Origin: Chiloscyllium plagiosum
Lineage: Eukaryota
Direction: 5' to 3'
Assembly (NCBI RefSeq): GCF_004010195.1
Contig: NC_057713.1
Coordinates: 60,801,482-60,865,481 of the forward strand
DNA length: 64,000 bases
Under the pieces are notes generated by a model that saw only the letters and a program-made list of their open reading frames with translations, was not told the DNA's origin and made no database searches. Shown in pieces: positions 12,802-58,300 of the stretch (position 1 is its first letter; each line of letters begins with the position of its first letter). The translations under genes were made by a program, and so were the position numbers.

Positions 12802-13165
12802 TGTCCCAGTGCGAACCCTGCCGGCACAGCGTTCTAAACCCGCCCTCTCCACCGCCCCGCTGGGGTGGGGGAGTGGTTGGAGACATTGAACATTCATCAA
12901 CAATTCTCAAAATGATTCCATGCAGTTCACACACAATAAACATTTAGTGTTATGCCTGTATATGTGAGGTAAAAACGCTTCCTGCGATACGATTTCTAAA
13001 CTTGCATTCTCAGCTTTTTTTTCCTCTTCCTTATTCTTTCTTCCACCCCCATAATTATTTTGGCGTAGATCCTTCCGAATCGGGCGAAGCGCGCGGATTG
13101 GTGGTCAGCTGACAGCCTTGGCGGGAAAAGTCGTGTGCAGAGTGAAGAGGGAGAGCTTTCAGGTG
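12802..13165. promoter_or_regulatory. Bidirectional PRKDC/MCM4 CpG-island promoter with E2F site, CCAAT box and GC boxes
   Basis: CpG-rich stretch of about 12380-13700. Consensus E2F site TTGGCGGGAAA at 13118-13128, inverted CCAAT (ATTGG) at 13097-13101, GC boxes CCGCCC near 12840 and 12852. Candidate MCM4 non-coding exon 1 donor AG|gtggga at 13162/13163. Confidence 0.8.
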
Positions 13166-14550
13166 GGATTCAGTGTATGAGCAAATAACTCACGTTCTAA
13201 ACTGTTCATAATATTATGAGGCTTTGTTGTGTTTGCCGTGTTGTCTTTGTGCTCGACCGTGAAAATAAATTGAAATTTTAAAATTTCAGCCTGTCGGATA
13301 AGATACGTGCTCAGTGAACCTTATATAGTCTCCTCTCAGGCCAGCCGGTTAGTATTGCATCCGCATGGACGGATTTAACTTAATTTTTTTTAAAACTCCA
13401 ATTTCGCATCGGATGCTTTATTTCAAGCGACATTTTCGATGCAAGAGTAAAGGACAGTATCGCAAGTAGCAAAAACGATATTACTTAAATAATGTTTTAA
13501 AGGTACCTAGAGTTTATTTGAAGTCGTGTTTTTGATCGATTTATTGCGTCCAGAAGATCTTAGTTTCCTTGTTCGCTCCGACCAAACTCTTGAAAGCGAA
13601 AACAGATTGTTTCCATGATCACCAGCGAGCGTTACTTTAGCTATCATCAAACTATCCAGGTATGCAACTAATTATTTTACTAAACAAGCCGAGAAAATAC
13701 GAACTGAAATACCTTATTCAGCCCGTCAAACCCGTTTATACTTTTCAAAATGACCATCACTGATGCTGTCAACTTCATACTTTTCTTCTTTCCCTGTGCC
13801 CCCGATACTTTTAACCTCTAGGAAATCTATTTCTTAAAACTTATTAAGTGACTTGGTCTCCATTGTCTATGGTAGAGCTCTGAATAAAGAAATTTCTCCT
13901 CATATCAGTGCAAAATTCCCCCACATACTACCTGAAACTGACTTTTTGTTCAGAATACCCTGATCTGGGGAAATGTCATTCTTGCATCTGGTCTATTTAG
14001 CCCCATGTGAAATTTGTACCCCTCTCATTTCTTCTGAACTCTAATGAATATGGACCCACCTGACCCCCATACTCTCCTCATACAACATACCTGTCCTGGT
14101 AGGAAATCAAACTGGTGAACCTTAACTGTATTCCCCCAGGCAATTATATTCTTAGGCAAAGAGACTAAAATTGCACAGCTAATCCAACTGGTCTCACTGA
14201 GGCCTTGTACAGCTACAGTTACACTTCCTTGCTCCTGGATGCTCATCATCTTGCAGTAAAACCAACATCATATTTGCCTTTGTAACTGTTTGCTTTACCT
14301 GAATCACCAATGAATTATGATACCAAGATCCCCTTTTATGTTAGCTCTTCCTCACGTATCATTTAAGTAATATTTTCAATTGTTTTTCTGACAAAAGTGG
14401 ACAACTTCACGCTCATCCATGTAATACCACATCTTCCATGCATTTGCCCATTCACTCAACTTGTCTAAATTGCCCTGAAGGCTCTATTCATCGACCTCAG
14501 CACTTGCAATCTCACCTAGTTTTACGTTGTCAGTAAACTAGGCTATATTA

Positions 14551-15126
14551 GTCATAGAGATGTACAGCATGGAAACAGACCGTTCAGTCCAACTTGTCCA
14601 TGCCGACCAGATCTCCTAACTTAATCCAGTCCAATTTGCCAGCAACTTGGCCCATATCCTGCTAAACTTTCCCTACTCATCTTCCCATCCAGGTGACTTT
14701 TAAATGTTGTAATTGTACCAGCCTCCTCCACTTCCTCTGGCAGCTCATTCCCTACACACACCAGTCTTTGCGTGACAAAGTTGCCCCTTTGGTCCTTAAA
14801 CCTTTCCCCCTCATCCTAAACTTATGCCCGAGTTCTGGGCTCCCCCAACCTAGGGAAAAGACCTTCTTATTTTACGCTATCCATACCCCTCATGATTTTA
14901 TAAATCTCTAAAAGGTCATTCCTCAGCCTCTGACGTTTCAGGGAAAACAGCCTCAGACCTTTCAGCCTCTCCCTATAGCTCAAACCCTTCAACCCTGGAA
15001 ACATCACTGTAAATTTTTTCTGAACCCTTTCAAGTTTCACAACATTCTTCTTATACGAGGGAGACTAGAATTGCGCACAATATTCCAAAGGTGGCTTAAC
15101 CAACGTCCTGTATAGTCACAACATGA
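14551..15126 (-). mobile_element. CR1 LINE 3' fragment nested in an older CR1 (about 13700-15540)
   Basis: Begins gtcatagagatgtacagcatggaaacagac, the reverse complement of the CR1 3' end. Confidence 0.85.
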
Positions 15127-16308
15127 TTCTTTCACCCAAATTGTTGATATATGTCTTGCATAGTTAAGGCCCAACATTGATAACTGTAGTATCTTCTTTT
15201 GTCACTGCCTTTCACTCCAAAACCAACCCATTTATTCCTACTGTTTCCTGCATGCTAACCAACTCTAATTCCACTTCAGTATATTACCACAAACCTCATG
15301 TACTTTGATTACATACATCAGCCTTTTATATAGGAATATTGAAATGCACTGCATCCAATTTCTGGATCATTATTTGTGTTGTCTTCTGTGCAAACACAAT
15401 TAAAATAGTTGTTCAATTGATCTGTCATTTCCTTGTTTTTTTTACCCAATTCTGGTGTCATTGACTTAGCTGTCACTGCATTCCACTGAAAATCTTTCTC
15501 CCCCAATAATATCCGCAATTTGTTTGACAGAAGTAGTTCCAAGGTACTCCAACACAAACTGCATGGTGTTTTTTAGTCTGACTGGTGATCTCACATTGAT
15601 TTTCTGTTTCTGCACTCTTTACACAAGGTGTGACTATCTCACTGTATGTGTTATCACTATATCTCAGCTTTTCAGATACCCAAGGTGTTGCTCTCGATCC
15701 AAACTGCAAATTTCCACTAGCTGCAGCTGGATACACATCCTACACATGGTCACCCTGCACATTGGAAGTGTCCCTGATGTTACACATGGCACAGGAGGAA
15801 TATCCCACCTTATCATGACTTGTCCTTAGATTGCTGTCTTTATGCTCGTTTTCTCTGGGTCAAAGAATATTAAATACATGCTCTGGACCTTCCCTTATTC
15901 CTTCTAAACACTCATAATCTAAAGACCAATTTTTACTTTTAAAAATACACAGTAGAAATGCTCACTTGCTCTGCAGCATAAGCAATAAGTAAAATGCTAG
16001 AGTGTTGGCAAGCTATTTTTGGCAAGATTAAATCTTAAATCACTCTCCCTTTCACAAATTCACAGTCTTAGCACTCTTGTGCCGGAGCACTTAATCTCTT
16101 TATTTCTATAGTCGAAGACGAGGGGCAATAATAGAATAAGGGGTTACTCAATTAGAGTACAGAGGAGGATTTTCTTCTTCCAGCAGGTAGTGAATCTGGA
16201 ATTTTGTACTGAAGAGTGCTGTAGAGGTTCAATGAGCTGAATGACTGACCTCTATGCCTCCACTTTATGGTGTTGTTCTTCCACTTCACTGACCATAAAT
16301 AACCTTGC

Positions 16309-16507
16309 TGTAAATGTGTTTCTGGAAAAGCGCAGCAGGTCAGGCAGCATCCAAGGAGCAGGAGAATCGACGTTTCGGGCATGAGCCCTTCTTCAGGAAT
16401 GCCCGAAACGTTGATTCTCCTGCTCCTTGGATGCTGCCTGACCTCCTGTGCTTTTCTAGCAACATATTTTCAGCTCTGATCTCCAGCATCTGCAGTCCTC
16501 ACTTTCT
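16309..16507. mobile_element. Minimal hairpin Penelope-derived element with hammerhead core
   Basis: Inverted arms of about 70 bp (16311-16382 and 16399-16470), 35-nt tail, TSD ccataaataaccttgc at 16293-16308 and 16508-16523. Confidence 0.85.
16368..16398 (-). ncRNA. Minimal hammerhead ribozyme motif
   Basis: CTGAAGA-a-GGGC-tcat-GCCC-GAAAC-GTC on the minus strand. Confidence 0.7.
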
Positions 16508-17264
16508 CCATAAATAACCTTGCACAAGTCGATGAATTTTTGTTTAAGGAATCTCCTGGGAAAAGCCCTCATGTTCCCTTTTTACTAGCTTGAGCTTAGA
16601 TTATTATCATAGTTTAATTTAAATGAGTATTTACGGTGAACCTTTTCTATGTTGTCAACTAGCTTGCATACTGGTGTTAGATCACTGTTCAGTTGCTACA
16701 CGTCCATTCTCAAGCTTCCATATTTCTCAACTCTTCATAATTTCAGCTGTGGAAATGCGTTTAGTGGAGCTACTTTCCAATGTTTCAATGTCCTTGTTTC
16801 TCAAGCAGCTGAAGAGAATGACCACATTAGCTTTTTAACATTACATTCACAACTTCAGATAATGTATACGCTGTACTGAGAGATTTGTACTTCACTTCTG
16901 TACGGCTTCAAGTTATTTAAGTAGCCTACAAATCTCTGTAAGCATAACTGTTCCTCTTTAATAAAATCTGAGGGATGTTAAAAAAAAATCAATAGGCCTG
17001 CTGTTATAGCTTGGTAGTCTTGGAGGACAGAATGGTGAGTATGTTCAAATAACAGCAAGTAACAATGTTTTTCATTTTTCTTCTCTTGGAAGAATTGAGA
17101 AATGGAATGTCTCATGGATGACAAATTCATTATGTTAACATGGAATTTGTGTTAAGAGTGTTCATAAGATGGCATAAGTATTTTGATCATTTCTGTCATA
17201 AACATGTTCATGTTGAATTCAGCAGTAAATGTTTGTGTATTTTTTTCTGTTCTTAGTGATAAAG

Positions 17265-29516
<12,252 letters not shown>

Positions 29517-29832
29517 AAGTCTGTTGAAAGAAATTTATCAGACAATGCTTACTTATCTTTACTGAAGCAATATACCAATCAGACGTATTTCACATCATTT
29601 TGTTTAAATATCTGATCCCATTCTAAGCTGTTTTTCTCTTTTGTAATGCCAAGCTTCATGTCTTTAATAGTGTGTTCAAAACTAAAGCAATCAGCTAATA
29701 CACTGCCAGGGATGTAAATATCAGGTTACAATTTTACACTTTTCATGCATTGTGCCATTTTAGAGACTCAAAAAATGAAATAATTCAATGACAATGTTAA
29801 TGAAGTAGTGAAAATATTTGATTTGTACTAAC

Positions 29833-30044
29833 AATAAAACTTTGCTCACTTTTTTTCCTGATACGTTTGACATGATGGAAGCTACCCACTTCATGACTGG
29901 AAGATTGATACAGATCTACTAGGGAACTTAGATTTATACTGATGCTGGATTTTAATTTGTGCCAAATAAATAAGATGAAATATTCACAATCTTAAATCAT
30001 TATTATTGTGCACTGTAAATTTGATGTTCTTTCCACCTAATAAA
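29833..30044 (+). terminator. Candidate MCM4 polyadenylation signals
   Basis: AATAAA at 29833, 29965 and 30039 downstream of the stop codon. Confidence 0.55.
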
Positions 30045-30283
30045 TTTGAGAACAAAAATGACATTAAACTTGGCTTTTGGCTGTTGATAAATGCTGTAAA
30101 ATTTGTTGTAGGCAGAAGTGATGTGTAAAATGGATTGGGGCCAGTATGAACTCTGCTGCATTAGAAATTAGTAAAATTTAGAACCTGAAAATCTAAATTC
30201 AAAGTTTTCAAGTTTTAGAGGGAGTCAAATGGAAGGGAGTTCCATGACTTTGGTCCAGTGACAGAATGGTAACATAATTCGAA

Positions 30284-30403
30284 GGAGACAGTGAGGACTG
30301 CAGATCAAAGTCGACGAGTGTGGTGCTGAAAAAGCACAGCCAGTCAGGCAGCATCCAAGGAGCAGGAGAGTCAATGTTTCAAGCGTAAGCTCTTCATCAG
30401 GAA
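30284..30403 (-). mobile_element. Penelope-derived 3' fragment with hammerhead core
   Basis: Minus strand CTGATGAAGAGCTTACGCTTGAAAC, then ctcctgctccttggatgctgcctg and a tail ending ctgcagtcctcactgtctcc. Confidence 0.75.
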
Positions 30404-32437
30404 CCTAATTTGTTGAAACACAACTTTTTTTTGGAATCACAAGCTTTCTAAGCACTGCTCCTTTATCAAATGAAATGACATGCATGCACTATCCTCTGCC
30501 TGAAAGAGTTGCTCCTCAGGTGCCTTTTAAATCTATCATCTTAAACATATGCCCTGTAGTTTTGGACTCCCCTACCATGGGAACAAGAACTTATTCAGCT
30601 TCTCGTGCACTTCATGATGATGGATTTCTGAAGAGCTACTGGAGACTCATTTCTTAGAGTGGGATTTTTCTCTTAGAACTTACAAGAAGTTAATAACTGG
30701 AAAATAAGAATAGATAACAAAAACAGTCCCAGTCCAAAAGCTTCTAAAACAAGACTGCCTCTTGCCCAAAACTCAGGCCGAATCAGTTAATTCTTTGATT
30801 TCTCTGTGGCTGGCTAGTCAGCTTTAGTTCTCTTGATTGACCAATTCAACATCCACCTAGCTGCCAGTCCCTGAACTTGGCAACAGCTTGGTGCCAAATC
30901 GTCTGCAGTTTTCTTGGAGCAGTAATTAACTTGCATTATCTTTCCAAGCAGTTCCAAAAGCAAGCTTTGGTCTTTTGTTCTCTGCTTGTTTTTAAAAGCA
31001 TTGTTCAAAGTTCAATTTTCAACTGCAACTCGCAGTTACAAACCATCTTGTTTTTTGACCACTGGTTTTAAACCTCCCCACAAATGGCAATATATTCTCC
31101 AATCTATATTAAATCCTTTGTAATTTTATTAAAGACCTCTAGCAGGTCACCCCTCAGCTTTCTGTTTTCCAGAGAATGGAGACCCAGACTATTCTGTCTT
31201 TCCTGGTAGATACAACTCAGTTTTGCTATTGGAAAACTGATATTCACCTTTTCTAGTAACTATATTCTTGTGTAAATGGTGATAGAATTTTAGATACTAC
31301 TGGAAATTTGCTCTAATTAATGATAATTGTATGCAAGTTGTTTCTAAACTTGTCCCATTGCCACTGCTTTTGCTTTGGACCGTGAATCTTTGTCATTTGA
31401 TCTCTCCAGCCCTCCACCTTGTCTCAAATCATTTTGCCTCTTTTATTGCATTTTTTGCCCATATCCATGACTTCAGTTTTGTCCTTTACACCACACATCA
31501 GTCAAAAGTGACCTTGATCTCAAAGACAGTCACTCTCATCTCACTTCACCTCACTTCTGGAATTCATTCCTTTTGTCCATGTATAAATCAAGACTGTAAT
31601 AAGCTGAGTCACCCAAAATGGGAGCCAGCGAGCAGGTTGTTGCTCAGCAAATTCTATGATACCACTGTTGAGGATCAAGAATAGAGATAGGGCAGTAATT
31701 GGCAAAGTTAACATGTCCTGCTTTTTGTGTACAGGATGTACCTGAGCAATTTTCCACATTATGGGTAGATCCAGTGTTGTAGCTATACTGGAATAGCTTG
31801 TCATAAGTTCTCGAGTACAAATTTTTAATACTATTGCTAGAGTGTTGTTAAGCCCAAATCAGTTTGTTCCTCAGTGCTACCAATTTTTTCTTCACTTCAT
31901 GTGGAGTGAATCAAATTGGCTGAAGCCTAATGTCTGTGATACTAGGAAGCACTGGAAGAGGCTGACATGGATCATCCACTTCTGGCTGAAGATTGTTGTG
32001 AATACCTCAGCCTTGTCTTTTGCCTGATATATTGCACTCTCCTATTATTGTGAAGGGGGATGTTTGTGGAGCCTCCTTCTCCAATGAGTTAATGTTCTAC
32101 CATCTTTGACAACTATATGTGGCAGGACTAAGAGCTTAGATCTGATCTGGTGTTGTGGAACCAATTAACTTTATCTATCACTTGCTATTTATTCTGTTTG
32201 ATGTAAAAGTAGTCTTCATAAGGCTTCACCAGTTGACACCTCTTTTCAAGTATGCCTAGTGATCTAGCATACGTTCTTCATTGAACTAGGATTGATTCCT
32301 TCATTTGAATGATTGAGTGGGGGCATTTGACAAGTTGCAGATTATGTTGGAGAATGACTTTGTTGCTGCTGATGGCCCTCCACATATAGATACATTCAAA
32401 GTCTGTTCCATTTAGAATGGTTATACTAAGTTTTTTT

Positions 32438-32726
32438 TAGATTAGATTAGATTACTTTACAGTGTGGAAACAGGCCCTTCGGCCCAACAAGTCCACACCG
32501 ACCCGCTGAAGCGCAAACCACCCATACCCCTACATTTACCCCTTACCTAACACTACGGACAATTTAGCATGGCCAATTCACCTGACCTGCACGTCTTTGG
32601 ACTGTGGGAGGAAACCCACGCAGACACGGGAAGAATGTGCAAACTCCACACAGTCAGTCGCCTGAGGTGGGAATTGAACCCGGGTCTCTGGTGCTGTGAG
32701 GCAGCAGTGCTAACCACTGTGCCACC
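32438..32726 (-). mobile_element. tRNA-derived V-SINE (HE1-like), near full length
   Basis: Minus strand ggtggcacagtggttagcactgctgcctcacagc..gggttcaattcc (A/B boxes), V-domain tgtgtggagtttgcacattct..gcgtgggtttcc, (tctaa)n tail. Confidence 0.85.
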
Positions 32727-33558
32727 GGATTCTCAATGTGAAGTTAGGCATTCATCTCAAGGACTGTGTAATGATACTGTCATAGAAAAATACATCTGTT
32801 GCAAGTAGATTAGTGAGGTCCATGTCGAGTATGTTTTTCCTCCTTGTTCTGTGCAATAGTTTAACATTGAGTGCTGTTGAAGCTGGTCTATTAGGTGTAT
32901 TCAAAAATTAGATAGACATTTAATCAGTAAAGAACTCAACACTTATTGGCATAAAGCAGGAAAGTGGTATTATCAGATCAATCATGGTCTCACTAGATGG
33001 CGGAGCAGTTTAGATGGACCAAATGGACAATTCTGCTTCCGCTTCTTATGGTCTTATTAATTAGCCTATGCATCTATCCTTTTGTCGTAATGTCTTGCTA
33101 TGACAATTGAAAAGCAAAGTGTCGTTACGAAATTGGATTATGCTTGACACGCTTTCTCCGTCTCCGTATTTTAAGTATCTTTTGCGCCTGCTAAAGATAA
33201 ATATTACATGAAAATTATTTCCCATCATGATTTTTCTCCCAAGTTTGAGCACAGCGGTGTTCTGAAGATTGGTTTTCAATTACTGGAGACTGCAGGCCAT
33301 CCTGGAGGGTTAGATTGTGAGTTTTGAAGAGAATGAGACAGATTGTAGGGTAATGGAGTTGTGCAGACTTTATGAAGGAGTGCCGCAGTGAGAGACGATG
33401 AAAAGTCAGATGTGAGTATGCAGACTCCAGGTGCAGGGATCACCCACTGTCCATCACTCAAACGGTAAGCAGACGCACATGCGCGCATGGTGGGCACGAC
33501 AGACCGGAAGTGACGAGCGAGCGGCCGAGTCGGCGCCGGTTCCCTGGGTCGGAGCAAG

Positions 33559-55088
<21,530 letters not shown>

Positions 55089-55227
55089 TTTTAATGGATC
55101 CAGACCCACCTCTCTCTCTCAAAAACTTCACTTCCTATTCATGTCTTGTCAATTCTCTGCAATACTAAATGCCAACAAAAAGATTTCAATCTTGAAATGT
55201 ATGTCCACAATAATGTTCTGAACCACA

Positions 55228-56199
55228 AATAAATTCAGTAGTGGTGCAGAGTAACTTATTTTCTCTTATCAAGGCAATGATGATATCGATGATATACAAG
55301 CCATTGGAATCTCGGCTTCTATGGGAGGGAGGGGTGAAGATTGGGAGTGAAATCAAGACATTTATTGCCTGATCATAGCAAATATATATGTTAAACAGAT
55401 TATTGGTAATAAAGGCAGTAGTTGGTGTATATAATGGCATGCTCTGGAACCTTCCGATAAAAAAAGAGCTGTATTGAAAACATTTGAGGTTGTGTACGTT
55501 GTGCAAACTACACTCATGATAAGGGTTGTTGAAGTTTTTGCTCATCATTTTGCTGCATTGTGGTGCAGATTAATTGTAATGTCAGTGTGTTGAGAATGTT
55601 TTAATATTTGTATTTATGAAAATGACTTTCTGTTAAGCAGCTCTTGTGTATCAAGTTATATTACGTTTGTTTACAGCCTGATTCTACCAAAACATGCATT
55701 TGAATTTGCGAGAAAAGAATATTGGTGTATAGTTAGAACTTCCTAAAATTAAAGCTAGTCTTGAAGATGTGAATAAGGTGCAGTGAGATGCTTTTCATTT
55801 AAGCCTTTGAATTGGGTGATACTGTTTGACCAAATGTATTTTTAAAAAAAGTAGTGGTAAAATCATTCAAGTGGTTACTGGTTGCGAACTTATTGATTTC
55901 GCACGTGTAAGCGAAAACATTCATCTTTGCCTTTCAAACTTATCTTACTTCTGGAGGGCAAAGTGACCTGGCTAGTTAATATGCTAGGCTCAGATTTTCC
56001 CTTTAGAATCTTATGGGAAATGTTAATTCTCTCAGACTAAAAGCTGCTAATGATCGTGTCAGAAAAATAATCAGGTAGAGTATACTATCTGAAGTTTACT
56101 TTCTCTTATGAGTTGTCTCATCAATTTGCTGTATTTGAGAAGACTGTTTCCCATTCAAGTTTGTGAGAAAACTTAAGGTGGGTGTATTCATTTAATAAA
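55228..56199 (+). terminator. Candidate UBE2V2 polyadenylation signals
   Basis: AATAAA at 55228, 55408 and 56194 in the AT-rich 3' UTR. Confidence 0.45.
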
Positions 56200-57134
56200 C
56201 AAAATATAAAATCCTGCTCATCTTTCCATTTTTTTTAACCAACCTTGGTGATTTTGCCAGAATAGTGTATTCTTTCCATGAAAAAGCAATGTACTTCAGG
56301 CCTCCACTTTCTTTCTTTTTCTGCTCTCTCTAGCTCATCTCAGAGTTACAATATATATACACTGATGCATGAACAGCGGTTTCTAAAACCAACTAATATT
56401 ACAGTGTACTCAGCTTGAATCAGTATATCTAGGTATGATCATTAGCCAAATAAGATTCCCTCCATACCCAAAAATGATTTACAACAATGAATTACCTTGA
56501 GCTACAGCCATCTTCATGAGAGAAATTGGGGATGGACAATAAGTGCTGGCTTTGCTAGAAATGTGTACTTACTACAATTGAAGACTTTTTCAAAAACTCT
56601 TAACTGATATCCAAAGCTGAAGCACAGAATCCACAACCAACATCAGGATCAATAATGCATTTAAAATTCTTGAACAACTTCTTTGCACAGTGTCGTATAG
56701 TACTTATGGAACATGAACAGGCCAATGCATTCATTCATGTGTGGTTTTATTTTTTATGTGTAGATCTTCTGTCACCCTTTTAAACCCCATCAACATATCC
56801 TTTTATCCCTTCTCTCCCTACATATCTCCCCAGGTTCTCTATTGCTTGCATATTCTAAGCATTCTCTTCATAAGGAATTTGTCCAAAATTCCTACTAGTT
56901 TTATGACCTACTTATAACCCATCTTATAGCCTTGCTGCAAGTTGCAATATCAATTTTGTCTACTGTATAACATTTTCCTAATCATAATGACCCATTTGGT
57001 GACAGAGCTGTTTCCTGGTCAGTTGTTCCCATTGGGTACAACCTCAGTTTTGCTATCAGAAATGTTTTTTATATATTCTCCTGTGTTTATTCTTTTAATA
57101 ATATGAAGACCAGAACTGTTCAACAGCGTAGAGC

Positions 57135-58300
57135 CATACAACATAGAAACAGATCATTTGGTCCAACTTGTCCATGCCAGCCAAGGTTCCCCCAAGCTAC
57201 ACTAGTTTCATTTGCTTGTGATTGGCCCATATCCCTCTAAACCTTTCCACTCGTACTTATCCAAATGTCTTTTAAATGTTGTAACTATACCTGCATGCAC
57301 TACTACCTGTGCAGTTCTTTCCACAAACATACCACTGTTTTTAAAAACAAAAGTTACCCCTCATGTCCTTTTTAAAGTTCTTCTCTAACCTTAAACAATT
57401 TGCCTCCTAGGGCAATGACCTTTGCTATTCACCTTATCCACGCACCTCATCCCTCAGCCTCTGACATGCCAATGAAAAAGAGACCCAGCCTATCTTTATA
57501 ACTCAAACCTTCCATTTCTGACAGTATCCTGGTAAATCTTTTCTGAATCCTCTCCAATTTAATATCCTTCCTAGAGCAAGATGACCAGAACTGTACATTC
57601 AGAACTCCAGAAGAGGACTCGCCAATTTACTGTATAATCTCAACATACCATCCCAGTTCCTATACTCAGTCTGAGCCATGGAGGCATGTGTGCTAAATGC
57701 CTCTATAACCACTGCCTATCTGATGCAAATTTCAAAGAATTATGCACCTGAACCATTAGGTCTCCCTGTTCTTCAATGCTATCCAGTGTCTTACCATTAA
57801 TTGTATAGGTTCTGCCTTTGTTTGCTTTACCAAAATGCAATATCTTACATTTATCCAAATTCTACTCAATCTGATACTCCTCAGTCCATTGATCCAATTA
57901 GTCAAGATCTCTTTGTAATCGTAGCTAACCAACCTCACTGTTCACTATACTGCCAATTTTGATATCATCCACAAACCTCCTAACTGTCTCCTAAACAATT
58001 TGGATGAGAATTTATATAAGTGACAAAAGTGGACCCAGTCCTGATCCCTGTGAAAGACTGCTTGTCACAGGCCTCCAGTCTGAAAAAGAAAACCCTCCGC
58101 CACCACCATTCTGTATCTCTTACCATCAAGTCGATTTTTTTTTTAATCCAATTGGCAAGCTCTCCTTGAATCTGTGATCTAACATAAAGTCTATGATGCA
58201 GAACCTTGTCAAAGACTTTACTAAATTCTTCAAAAGCAATATTTACTGTTCTGCCCTCCATCTTTTTTTTGTTACCTCAAAAAAAATCGAGTTTGTGAGA
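57135..58300 (-). mobile_element. CR1 LINE, degenerate
   Basis: FSKVFDKVLH...QIQGELANWI; CR1 3' end at the left. Confidence 0.85.

Noticed and set aside
12802-12903. In-frame upstream extension of PRKDC (MLMNVQ...)
   Set aside because: Overlaps promoter GC boxes; homology begins near MAAG; probably UTR or promoter
32660-32726. tRNA-like sequence with A and B boxes
   Set aside because: Head of a V-SINE, continuous with the SINE body; not a tRNA gene
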